From NCBI GenBank assembly GCA_963778415.1, contig CAVZUI010000002.1:124643-188642 (forward strand): a stretch of 64,000 nucleotides of DNA, written 5' to 3'. Position 1 is the first letter of the stretch. Each line of letters starts with the position of its first letter. Source of the stretch: an uncultured Acidimicrobiales bacterium. GTDB lineage: Bacteria; Actinomycetota; Acidimicrobiia; Acidimicrobiales; VFJN01. Under the pieces are notes generated by a model. It worked only from the letters and a program-made list of their open reading frames with translations, ran no database searches and was not told the DNA's origin. A program made the position numbers and the translations under genes. Below are positions 19,425 to 28,749 of the stretch, piece by piece.

Positions 19425-20264
19425 TCACCCCGGCCGGCCTACAGGGGCTCGCCGCGGGCATCGCAGGGCAACGTGTCGATCATCGTCGACGGCCTCCAGC
19501 TCCTGGTCGATGACGAGCAGCGTGCGCTCCATGGCGTCGGGCTGCAGGCTGCCGACCCCGCCGTGGAACGGGTCGTCGAGGAACTGCAGCAGGATCAGCA
19601 TCGCCACGATGACCCCGGTCACGCTGCCCATGAGGAGGCCCTGGACGACGGCGCGCTCGCCGCTGTCGGCGAAGAACAGCATGTAGACGAAGATGACGGC
19701 CGACGAGAAGAACAGCACGAACCACAGGGGGGTGGGGATGACCCCGAGGGCTCCGTGGACGCGGTCGGTCCGGGCCTGCTCCCGGTCCGAGCTCTGATCG
19801 AGCCACTTGCCGTACGCCGCCTGCTCCGCGGCCGTCTCGGGCTCGACGGTGCGGATCGTGTCGAACAGGGCGACCCCCCACGGGTTCAGCTCCTCGCCCA
19901 GCGTGCCCGCCTCCATGCGCTCCCACTGCACGCCGGCGACCGAACGGGCGTAGCAGACCAGCTCGACCGTCAGCTGTCCGGACGCGTCGGCGGGGAGGAG
20001 CTGGGCGGTCTCGATCTGCTGCGCCACGGTGAGCGCCTCGGTCTCGGCCCCCGCCCTGGCCGAGTCGTAGCTGGTGAAGGCGAGGAACACGACGAAGCCG
20101 AGCAGCACCGCGAAGCCCGTGGCGAGCACGCCGAACACGCCGGCCGCCCGGTCGCCGTCGTTGAAGTAGCCGCCGTCAGGGGCCGTCCGGCGCACGAACA
20201 GCATCGCCGCCACCGCCGCCGCGGTGGTTGCCGCCACGATGAGCACGGCGACGGCGACGCTCAT
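19425..20264 (-). CDS. DUF4239-like membrane protein (paralog 1)
   Basis: ATG 20264 lies 2 nt after the GAD stop. MSVAVAVLIVAATTAAAVAAMLF...GVLATGFAVLLGFVVFLAF...PLWFVLFFSSAVIFVYMLFF...GLLMGSVTGVIVAMLILLQFLDDPFHGGVGSLQP. The family assignment rests on resemblance only. Confidence 0.55.
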   Translation of the reverse strand: MSVAVAVLIVAATTAAAVAAMLFVRRTAPDGGYFNDGDRAAGVFGVLATGFAVLLGFVVFLAFTSYDSARAGAETEALTVAQQIETAQLLPADASGQLTVELVCYARSVAGVQWERMEAGTLGEELNPWGVALFDTIRTVEPETAAEQAAYGKWLDQSSDREQARTDRVHGALGVIPTPLWFVLFFSSAVIFVYMLFFADSGERAVVQGLLMGSVTGVIVAMLILLQFLDDPFHGGVGSLQPDAMERTLLVIDQELEAVDDDRHVALRCPRRAPVGRPG

Positions 20265-20266
20265 CC

Positions 20267-21659
20267 TCAGTGGTGGAACCCGTGGCGGTGCTCGGGTTGG
20301 GGGAGGGGGGCCGGCATGTCCTCGAGGTACTGGACGTGCCGGCGGAGGTCGCCGATGAGCAGGTCGGCCAGGTCGCGCGACATGCCGTTGCGCACGACGA
20401 TGCGCAGCACGGCGAGGTCCTGGCGGTTCTCGGGGAACGTGTAGGCCGGGACCAGCCAGCCGCGGTCGCGCAGGCGCTCGGACACGTCGAACACCGTGTA
20501 GGGCCGCTCGGCGCCGTCGAGCGCGATGGCGAAGACGGGGAGCTCGCTGCCGTCGGTGATCAGGCGGAACGGGCCCAGCTTCGAGATGGCGTCGGAGGTG
20601 TACAGCGCCACGTCGCGCGACGTCTGCTGGATCCGCTTGTAGCCGTCCATGCCCAGGCGGATGAAGTTGTAGTACTGGGCGGCCACCTGGTTGCCCGGGC
20701 GCGAGAAGTTGAGGGCGAACGTCGGCATGTCGCCCCCGAGGTAGTTGACGTGGAACACGAGGTCTTCGGGCAGGGCATCGGGGTTGCGCCAGACCGCCCA
20801 CCCGACCCCGGGGTACACGAGCCCGAACTTGTGGCCCGACGCGTTGATGGACTGCACGCGCGGGCAGCCGGAAGTCCCACTCGAGGTCGGGGTCGATGAA
20901 GGGGGCGACGAACCCACCGGACGCCGCGTCGACGTGCACGGGCACGTCGAGCCCGGTCTCGGCCTGATGGCGGTCGAGCGCCGAGCAGATGTCGGCGACG
21001 GGCTCGTACGAGCCGTCGAAGGTCGACCCGAGGACCGCGACGACGCCGATGGTGTTCTCGTCGACCTGGGCGAGGGCGCCCGCCGCGGTCATGTGGTACG
21101 TCTCGCCCTCCATGGGCACGAGCCGCGGCTCGACCTCCCAGTAGCGGCAGAACTTCTCCCAGCACACCTGCACGTTGGCGCCCATCACCATGTTGGGCCG
21201 GTCGGTGGGGCGGCCGGCGGCCCGCTGGCGGTCGCGCCAGCGCCACTTCAGCGCCATCCCGGCCAGCATCGCCGCCTCGCTCGAGCCGGTGGTCGACGTG
21301 CCCGTGGCGATCTCCTCGTCGGGGGAGTGCCAGAGCCGGCTGAGCATGTTCACGCACCGCTGCTCGAGCTCGGCCGTGCGCGGGTACTCGTCCTTGTCGA
21401 TCATGTTCTTGTCGAACGTCTCGGACATGAGCGTGCGGACGTGCGGGTCCATCCACGTCGTCACGAACGTGGCCAGGTTCAGCCGGGCGTTGCCGTCGAG
21501 CATCAGCTCGTCGTGCACGAACTGATAGGCGGTCTCGGGGGCCGTCTCCAGGTCGGGGATCTCGTGCTTGTGGGCACGGTGGACCTCACCCGGGCGTGCG
21601 TAGATGGGGCTGAGGACGAGAGGCGTGAGGTCGTCGACGAGCTTCTGGTGCAGTGCCAC
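20267..21659 (-). pseudogene. gadB: glutamate decarboxylase (PLP-dependent), single frameshift as sequenced
   Basis: ORF 19425..21659 N-terminal part: ETAYQFVHDELMLDGNARLNLATFVTTWMDP...VHVDAASGGFVAPFIDPDLEWDFRLP. Joins ORF 20267..20917: RVQSINASGHKFGLVYPGVGWAVWRN (PLP lysine). One extra base near 20870. Confidence 0.9.
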
Positions 21660-21694
21660 GGGATCCCCTTTGGGTCGCGTTCATGAGACCTGCG

Positions 21695-21741
21695 GGCGGC
21701 GGGGAGGACATCGTCCTGTCGGGATGATCCGCCCCGCCGCC
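21695..21741 (-). terminator. compound GC-rich hairpin downstream of hdeD-like gene
   Basis: GGCGGCGGGG (21695-21704) pairs with CCCCGCCGCC (21732-21741). An inner hairpin AGGAC-ATC-GTCCT is present. Starts 8 nt after the 21749 stop. No U-tract. Confidence 0.5.
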
Positions 21742-21748
21742 GCGGTCG

Positions 21749-22342
21749 TCAGGCGGCGAAGCGCCGCATCTGCCAGCCGACCCCGATGGCGACGAGGCCG
21801 GAGCCGATGGCCCGGATGCCGAGGAGCACGGCCAGCACGACCAGCGTCTGGCCCGGCCAGACGAGGATGACCACGCCGAGCGCCACCGTGAGCCCGCCGA
21901 GCCCCAGCTGCCACGGCATGTCCGCCTGGTCGCGGTCGGCCAGGGCAACGAAGATGCGCAGCAGGCCGGCCAGGACGAGCCCGATGCCTGCGACCAGGGC
22001 GATCGCCCACAGCGTCGCGTCGGGCCACACCAGGACGGCGATGCCCGCCGCCACGAGCAGCCCACCCGAGATCCAGGCGGCCGCGGCCACCTCTCGGACG
22101 CTGTGCAGCGCCAGCACCTCGACCACGCCGGCGACGATCAGCGAGATGCCGATGAGCCAGGCCAGGACGGTCACGGACTCGAACAGGTTGCTGAGAAGCC
22201 AGATGCCCAGCACGACCAGGGCGATGCCGCCCAGGATCGACACCCACCAGCCGGTGGCGTCGGCGTCGCCGTACTCGATCGGCCGGGGTGGGGGCGGGAT
22301 CGGGTCGGCTGACGACTCGAACCCAGCATCGAAATCGGTCAC
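21749..22342 (-). CDS. HdeD-family (DUF308) acid-resistance membrane protein
   Basis: ORF 21749..22342. Six TM-like segments with repeated W..I..G.L.IV.G pattern (GWWVSILGGIALVVLGIWLL, AWLIGISLIVAGVVEV, and others). Intact. Confidence 0.75.
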   Translation of the reverse strand: MTDFDAGFESSADPIPPPPRPIEYGDADATGWWVSILGGIALVVLGIWLLSNLFESVTVLAWLIGISLIVAGVVEVLALHSVREVAAAAWISGGLLVAAGIAVLVWPDATLWAIALVAGIGLVLAGLLRIFVALADRDQADMPWQLGLGGLTVALGVVILVWPGQTLVVLAVLLGIRAIGSGLVAIGVGWQMRRFAA

Positions 22343-22443
22343 GGCGCCTCCTTTGACAGCGTGCGACCTCGATCAATGCACTCGCGGGCCCGTCGCGCCT
22401 CGCCCGCCACGGGTGATCGTGGCCGTTCTGCCACGATGGCGGT

Positions 22444-22806
22444 GTGGACGAGACCCGCGTCGACAAGTGGCTGTGGGCCGTGCGCCTCTACAAGACGCGG
22501 GCCCTCGCCACCGCCGCCTGCAAGGGGGGCCACGTGCGGGTCAACGGCGCGCCGGCCAAGCCCGCGACGACCGTCCGCGTGGGCGATCGGGTCGAGGCCC
22601 GGGTGCACGGCGACGCCCGCGTGCTCGAGGTGGCCCGGGTCATCGACAAGCGCGTGGGCGCGCCCCTCGCCGCCGAGTGCGTCGTCGATCACAGCCCCCC
22701 GCCACCGCCACGCGGCGAGGCGCCCGACGTGTTCGTGCGTGACCGCGGCGCCGGCCGGCCGACCAAGCGCGATCGCCGCCAGATCGACCGCTTCCGCGCC
22801 CGGTGA
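22444..22806 (+). CDS. S4-domain RNA-binding protein (Hsp15/HslR-like)
   Basis: ORF 22444..22806 (GTG start): TRVDKWLWAVRLYKTRALATAACKGGHVRVNGAPAKPATTVRVGDRV. Intact. Confidence 0.8.
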   Translation: MDETRVDKWLWAVRLYKTRALATAACKGGHVRVNGAPAKPATTVRVGDRVEARVHGDARVLEVARVIDKRVGAPLAAECVVDHSPPPPPRGEAPDVFVRDRGAGRPTKRDRRQIDRFRAR

Positions 22807-22836
22807 CCGGGCGACGGCGACGACGCGCCCGACCGG

Positions 22837-24051
22837 TTGCTCGGCCCGGACATCCGGGCCGCCGTCGAGCGGATCGCTCGCCGACGCCTGGGGCACCCGG
22901 GTCGAGCTCGTGGGCGCGGCCATCCTCGCGGCGCGCACCCACGTCGTCCGGGTCACGACCGGCGACGGGCGGTCCGCCGTGGTCAAGCGGCCCCGCGACG
23001 AGCCCGGGCGGGCGCTGGGGAGCGGCCTCCCACGGGTTCGACGTCGAGTGGGCCGGCCTCGAGCACCTGGCGGCCATGCCGGAACCCGTCGTGCCGGCGC
23101 TGCTCGGGGGCGACCGCGACCGGCGAGTGATCGTTCTCGAGGACCTGGCCGTCGAGCGGACCCTGGCGGATGCCCTGCTCGGCGCCGACGCCGACCAGGC
23201 GCGGGCGGATGTCGTGGCCCTCGGCGGGGCGCTCGGCTCGGTGCACGGGTGGAGCATCGGACGAGCGGACGAGCTCGCCCGGGTCCGCGCCGCCCACGGG
23301 GTGGCGGCGCCGCCCCGCGCCTGGTGGGCAGACGTCGTGCGGGCCGAGCGGGCGCCCTTCCGCGAGGCCCTCGACCGCCTCGGCCTCGGCGACCTCGCCG
23401 GTGCCGCCCTCGAGCGCGAGCTCGACGCCCTCGACGGCGCGCTCACCTCGGGGCCGTGGCGCGGCTTCGTCCACGGCGACCCCTGCCCCGACAACGCCGT
23501 GGTCGCGGGCGGACGGGTGCGCCTGGTCGACGTCGAGCGGTCGAGCCCGGGGTCGGTCGCACTCGACGCGGCCTACCTCCTCGCCCCGTTCCCGAGCTGC
23601 TGGTGCTTCGGCCAGGTGCCCGCCGACCTGGCCGCCGCGGCGTCGGCCGCGCACCGGCGGGCGATGGCCGACCACGGCGTCGTCGTCGACGACAGCTGGG
23701 CCGTGGCCCTGGCGTACGCGCTGGGCGCCTTCGTCGTGGCCCGCGGGCGCGACGCCGCCGACGCGCTCGACGGCGGGCCCCGGCGCGGCGCTCGCGCCCT
23801 GGGGCACCACGACGTACCGGCCACGCGTGGTGGCGTGGGCCGAGGCCCTGGTGTCCGCCCCGGCGGCGGCCGAGGCACTCCCGCGCCTGTGCGCCGTCGC
23901 CCTCGCGCTGCGCGACCGCATGCGTGCGACGTGGCCCGACCAGGAGATCCCCCACTACCCGCCGTTCGCCCCCGCGGGCGCGGCGCGTCGCCCTGCGGCC
24001 CGATGGGTGGTCGGACGGTTGACCGCACGACCGACGCTCCTCACCTGCTGA
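22837..24051 (+). pseudogene. aminoglycoside-phosphotransferase-like kinase family protein, frameshifted as sequenced
   Basis: Core in ORF 22803..24212: HGFDVEWAGLEHLAAMPEPVVPALLG...VIVLEDL...FVHGDPCPDNAVV...LVDVERS. N-terminus is spread over ORFs 22837..23130 and 22361..24022 (ADAWGTRVELVGAAILAARTHVVRVTTGDGRSAVVKRP). C-terminus in ORF 23170..24051 (VVAWAEALV...RDRMRATWPDQEIPHYPPF). The start coordinate is uncertain. Confidence 0.65.
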
Positions 24052-24091
24052 CCGCCCGGGCCCGCGACCCGTTGCGCCGGCGGAGCGCGGC

Positions 24092-24475
24092 GTGCACACT
24101 CCGAGCATGGGGGAACGATCGAGACGACGCCGGGTCCTGGTCGAGGATGCGCGCCACCGCGGCCAGCACCTGCGGGCCACGTGGCATCCCGAGGCGCGCC
24201 AGTTCGTGGTGAGCACGTGGTCCGACGACGTGTGCACGGGGACCGCCCGGCTCGACCCCGACGCGGCCGGTGAACTGGCGGCGCTCATCGTGGCGGGCCT
24301 CGCCGACGGGGCGACGCACGAGCCGACCCCGGCCACCGTGCCCGACACCCGTCCCGGTCTGGCCGGCCTCGTGGATCGGCTGCGGTGGCTCGTGCAGGGG
24401 ACGGCGACCGGTGGTTCCCGTCCCGCGCCCCCGGGCGGAGCCGACGTCCGGCCGTTCCGCCGTCGATCCGCCTGA
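24092..24475 (+). CDS. hypothetical protein
   Basis: ORF 24092..24475. The stretch LRATWHPEARQFVVSTWSDDVCTGTARLDPDAAGELAALIVAGL looks protein-like. No family recognised. Intact. Confidence 0.45.
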   Translation: MHTPSMGERSRRRRVLVEDARHRGQHLRATWHPEARQFVVSTWSDDVCTGTARLDPDAAGELAALIVAGLADGATHEPTPATVPDTRPGLAGLVDRLRWLVQGTATGGSRPAPPGGADVRPFRRRSA

Positions 24476-24542
24476 CCCCGCGCCGAAGCCGGCGGGCGAC
24501 GTGGTCCCGCCGCGGCGGTCGCGGCCTCAGAACGTACGCGGA

Positions 24543-24661
24543 GAGGTCACGCCGCCTCCGGTTGCCGCTCGCGTGCTGCCTGTCGGCCGGCTGTGGAGCT
24601 GGGGGTCGACCACCAAATCCCCCCGCGTGGGCTGTGCCGAGCGCCCTATCTGCTCGGCCTC
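24543..24661 (-). repeat. family-2 intergenic repeat, copy D (begins at the stop codon of the thioesterase gene)
   Basis: The reverse complement, GAGGCCGAGCAGATAGGGCGCTCGGCACAGCCCACGCGGGGGGATTTGG...ACAGCCGGCCGACAGGCAGCAC...GGCGTGACC, aligns with 35297..35400. Confidence 0.8.
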
Positions 24662-25451
24662 TCAGGCGGGGCGTTCGACGAGGATCGTGGCGACCGCGCA
24701 GCGGCGGTCGTCGGCGCCCGCGTCGACGACCTCGACCCGGGAGGCCACGAGGGGGCCGACCGCACCGAGCGGTTGCGCCCGGGCGACCGCCGGGCCGACG
24801 GTCGCCTGCCGGAGGTAGTGCACGCTGAGCTGCCGGGCCACGCCCCCCTCGGGGCCCACGGCCGCGGCCTCCGCGAGCCCGGCCAGCACGCCGCCGTTGA
24901 GGGCGCCGAAGCTGTTGCGCACGTAGGGCTCGATGTCCACCGAGGCGCCGCCGGGCGCCACGACGTAGCCGATGGCGTCGACGAGGGATGCGGCCCGGTC
25001 GGGCCCCGGTTCGATCCGGCGTGGTGCGCGGCAGGCCGGTGAGGTCGACCATGGGCGTGTCGGGACGGCGGGGCAGGACCGTGAAGCTCATCGTCGAGGC
25101 GGCGAACGGACCGCGCGCATCGGCCGCCGAGACCTCGATCACCAGGTTCGTCCGGCCGCGGCGCAGGACCGTGCCGTCGTAGGAGATCGTGCCGGTGGGC
25201 GACCCCCAGCGGTGCAACGTCAGCTCGTTGGTCGCCATCCAGTCGGGGAGGACGGCGAACATGGCGAGGTGGCCGCCGATGCCGTCGATCACGGTCGTGA
25301 GCACGCCGGGGACCGGCTCGCCGTCCCGCAGCAACGCCGGCCCCAGCACGGTGCGGGCTTCGGCCCGCCCCTCGCCGGTGGGCTCGATCGACAGCGACAG
25401 GTCGCGCAGGACGTGGTGGGGCGGCGGATAGGTGGCGGCCAGGTCGGACAC
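24662..25451 (-). pseudogene. tandem hotdog-fold (PaaI-like) thioesterase, one frameshift as sequenced
   Basis: ORF 24285..25451 (GTG 25451): GVLTTVIDGIGGHLAMF...GTVLRRGRTNLVIEVSA. Second hotdog in ORF 24662..24961: VRNSFGALNGGVLAGLAEAAA...LSVHYLRQATVGPAVARA. Shift near 25015. Confidence 0.65.
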
Positions 25452-25502
25452 GGCTCTCCCAGGAGCGGGACGACGACGAGAACGTGTTCTACCCTAGGGG
25501 TC

Positions 25503-26685
25503 ATGGACGAGCTCGGGCATCCCGTCTTCGACGCCGACAACCACTACTACGAGGCGCTCGACGCCTTCACCCGGCACCTCGACCCGGCGCTCGGGCCCCG
25601 CTGCGTGCAGTGGGCGACGATCGACGGTCGGCAGTACCACGTCCTCGGCGGCCGGGTCAGCCGGGCGGTCAGCAACGCCACGTTCGACCCCGTGTCGAAG
25701 CCCGGGTGCCTCTACGACTACTTCCGGGGCAACACCGACGGCGTCGACCCGCTCGCCCGGCTGCGCGACCACGAGCCGATCCGGCCCGAGTACCACGACC
25801 CCGCCGCTCGACTGACCACCCTCGACGAGCAGGGCCTGGCGGCGTGCTGGCTCTTCCCGACCCTCGGGATGATCTACGAGGAGCCGCTGCACCACGACCC
25901 CGAGGCCGTCTGCCACACGTTCCGGGCGTTCAACCGCTGGCTGCGCGAGGACTGGGGCTTCGTCCACGAGGACCGCATCTTCTCGGCGCCCTACCTCACG
26001 CTCGCCGACCCCCAGTGGGCGGTCGACGAGCTCGAGTGGGCGCTCGGCGAGGGCGCTCGGCTCATCGTCATGCGCACCGCGGCCCCCACCACGGCGTTGG
26101 GTCGCCGCTCGCCGTTCGACCCGATGTTCGACCCGTTCTGGGCCCGCGTGAACGAGGCGGGGGTCACCGTGGTCGTGCACGCCGGCGACAGCGGCGTGTC
26201 GTCCGACGGGTACGCCGTCGACGGCTTCGCGGCCACGTTCTCGGGTGGGTACGCGCCGTCGCTCAAGAACTTCGCCATCGAGAAGGCGGTGCACGACTAC
26301 CTGCTGTCGATGGTGCTGGCCAACCAGTTCAAGAAGTTCCCGAACCTGCGGGTCGCGTCCGTCGAGAACGGCGCCGAGTTCCTGCCCGACCTGTTCCGCA
26401 AGCTGCGGTCGGTCGACCGGAAGATGCGGGGCTGGTTCGCGGACGACCCGGTCGACATCTTCCGTCGCCACGTGTGGATCAACCCGTTCTGGGAGGACGA
26501 CCTGGCCTCGGTCGTCGAGCTGGATGGGCGCCGACCGGGTGCTGTTCGGGTCGGACTGGCCGCACATCGAGGCGCTGCCGCAACCGCTCGACTACCTGGC
26601 CGACGCCAAGGTGCTCGACCCCGACGCCCGCCGCCTGGTGCTGTTCGACAACGTCACCGAGCTGACGGCACCGCGCCCCGCCTGA
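25503..26685 (+). pseudogene. amidohydrolase-2 (ACMSD-like metal hydrolase) family protein, one frameshift as sequenced
   Basis: ATG 25503 (frame of ORF 24972..28442): MDELGHPVFDADNHYYE...VVVHAGDSG. The tail in ORF 26245..26685 reads MGADRVLFGSDWPHIEALPQP. One extra g near 26522. Confidence 0.8.
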
Positions 26686-26701
26686 GCACGGGGGAGACGG
26701 C

Positions 26702-26769
26702 GGCGCCGCGGGGGGCTGCGGCGCGCAGGATCCCGGGCGCCGCGGGAGTCTGCGGCGCGCGGGAACCCG
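26702..26769. repeat. 34-bp tandem direct repeat x2 in a convergent intergenic region
   Basis: GGCGCCGCGGGGGGCTGCGGCGCGCAGGATCCCG is followed by GGCGCCGCGGGAGTCTGCGGCGCGCGGGAACCCG. Confidence 0.7.
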
Positions 26770-26770
26770 G

Positions 26771-26828
26771 GTCACCGCCGGGCGGTGCGGTGACGGGGCT
26801 GGACCCGGGGTCGCCCGCCCGACCCCGG
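26771..26828. terminator. two consecutive GC-rich hairpins between convergent genes
   Basis: Hairpin 1: GTCACCGC-N8-GCGGTGAC (26771-26794). Hairpin 2: CCGGGGTCG-N6-CGACCCCGG (26805-26828). No U-tracts. Confidence 0.4.
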
Positions 26829-27025
26829 CTCCTCGCCTTGCTCCATCGGTACACCGCCCGCACGCCCGAAGGCTCCTGCGAGGGAGTGGTTGGTCCGCCC
26901 GACCAGCTCCCAGCACCGATGGAGTGGATTGCACCCTCTAGATCGCGCCGTGACCCCGCTCAGCGTTACAGCCGGCGGAGGATTTTCTCGAAACCGTGCA
27001 CGTCGGCCGCGGATCGGCCGCCGGA

Positions 27026-27980
27026 TCACGGGGCCGGCGGTGCCTCGGGATCGAACGCCATCATCGTCGACGTCGGCTCGGGATCGGTCGGCGGCGGCGT
27101 CTCGGTGGTGGTCGTCGTCGTCGGCTCGGGCTCGGTCGGTGGCGGCGCCTCGGTGGTCGTGGTGGTCGCCGGCGCCTCGGTCGTCGTCGTGGTGGGAGCG
27201 GGCTCGGTCGTCGGCACCGTCGGACCGGTCGGGCGGATGGGGGCGGGCGCCGGCTCCGGGGTTGGCCGGCGTGAGGGGCGAGCACACCGGCGTGAGCTGG
27301 CAGGTCGGGCACGGCGACGGTCACGTCGACGCTCGTCGTCGCCGGCCCCGCCCGACGTCGTCGTGGTCGCCGCTCGAGGTGGTGGTCGGCTCGCCCGCCG
27401 GGGGTGCGTCGGGCGCCTCGTCGGTGAAGGCCGGGACGACGACGTTGGCGACGATGCCGGTGGTGGCCGCGGCGGCGGCCACGGTCCCGACGACCACGGC
27501 CGTGGTCACGGCGGCCGCCTTCACCGCGATGAGGCGGCCGACGTAGCGGACCGTCGGGTTGGCCGACGTCTGCATGCGGTCGGCCGCGTGCTTGGCCCGG
27601 TAGCCGCGGGCGTGGCGCGGGACGTAGGGGCCGTCCGCCGCGGGGGTGCCCGCGTCGGCCGGTTGGGCGACGTCCGTGACCAGCGCCGTCGTGGCCGTCG
27701 AGGCTGTCGGTGCCGGCACCGGCGTGAGGACGGGGGTCGCTCCGGGCGAGAGGTCGTCCTCGCGGGGCAGCTCCCGGCGGACGGCGATCATGCGGCTCAC
27801 GATGTCGTCCTGCGCGGCCAGCTCGCCGGGCGCCGCCTCGGCCCGGGCACCGGCGACGAGGCGCGCCAGGTCGCCGCACCACGCGGGCGCGTCGGGGTTC
27901 CGGACTTCGCCGGCCAGCACCTCCTCGAACAGCTGGTCGAGGTCGCGGACCTCGACCACGTTGTCGTCCGCCTCGTTCAT
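27026..27980 (-). pseudogene. putative membrane-anchored anti-sigma factor with Pro/Thr-rich C-terminal region; frame ambiguous after ~27330
   Basis: ATG 27980 overlaps the sigma gene stop (ATGA). MNEADDNVVEVRDLDQLFEEVL...; TM helix IAVKAAAVTTAVVVGTVAAAAATTGIV (ORF 27321..28751). P/T-rich tail in ORF 27026..27217: TTEPAPTTTTTEAPATTTTTEAPPPTEPEPTTTTTTETPPPTDPEP. Confidence 0.5.
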
Positions 27981-28510
27981 TCCGCCAGTGCCTCCTCGCT
28001 CATCCGGACGGCGAGCCGCTTGAGTGCGCGATGGCACAGCACGCGGACGTTGCCCGGGGAGCGGTCCATGATGCGAGCGACCTCGGCCACGTCGAACCCG
28101 CCGAGCACGCGCAGGAGCACGGCCTCGGCCTGGTCGGGGGCGAGGTCGGTGATGAGCTCTTCCACCGTCTGCTGCACGCCGAGCTGCTCGATGACGAGCC
28201 AGGCGGGATCGCCGCCCCAGCCGCGGTCGACGGCGCCGTCGAGGCGGTCGGACGGCACGGGGTCGGTGCGTCGACGCGCCTGGCGACGGCGGTGCTCGAC
28301 GAGCCGGTGGCGGGCGATGGTGAACAGCCAGCCGCGGAAGCCGCGCTCGTCGCCGTCGAAGCGATCGAGGCCGCGGGCGACGGCCAGCCACACCTCGGCC
28401 GCCAGGTCGTCGGCCATGTCGCGCTCCTGCGCCCGCAGGTAGCGCAGCACGCGGGGCTGGTAGGTGCGGAACAGGTGGGCGAGCGCGTCGGGATCGCTCG
28501 CACGCGCCAC
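27977..28510 (-). CDS. ECF-type RNA polymerase sigma factor
   Basis: ORF 27977..28510. Region 2: FRGWLFTIARHRLVEHRRR. Region 4: LAPDQAEAVLLRVLGGFDVAEVARIMDRSPGNVRVLCHRALKRL. Intact. Confidence 0.85.
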   Translation of the reverse strand: MARASDPDALAHLFRTYQPRVLRYLRAQERDMADDLAAEVWLAVARGLDRFDGDERGFRGWLFTIARHRLVEHRRRQARRRTDPVPSDRLDGAVDRGWGGDPAWLVIEQLGVQQTVEELITDLAPDQAEAVLLRVLGGFDVAEVARIMDRSPGNVRVLCHRALKRLAVRMSEEALAE

Positions 28511-28749
28511 GGCGAGGATCTCGGGAAAGCCGTGCTCCAGCGATGATCTCGTGGGCGCACCTTAGCCATCGGACGGGCCATCGACCAGGGCTGAGATCAC
28601 TCTGAGCGGTCGACGCGTCACGCGAGATGACGGGAACGTGGCCAGGAGCACGGGGAGACACCGAGCGCGCGACCGCACACCCGCGCCGGCTGGATACGAT
28701 GACCCGCAGGCCCGGGACGTTCCACGGCGCCGCAGGAGGCCATATCCGC

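Noticed and set aside
26702-26769. Possible CRISPR array, considered together with the tandem repeats at 57252-57389 and 59754-59821
   Set aside because: Each case has only two units, directly abutting or separated by a non-unique 18-nt spacer. There is no repeat-spacer periodicity and there are no cas genes. They are simple tandem duplications.
24972-28442. 1156-aa ORF on the plus strand
   Set aside because: Only residues encoded by about 25503-26520 are genuine (amidohydrolase). The rest runs through intergenic DNA and antisense to the anti-sigma and sigma genes, and translates to RRGG-type noise.
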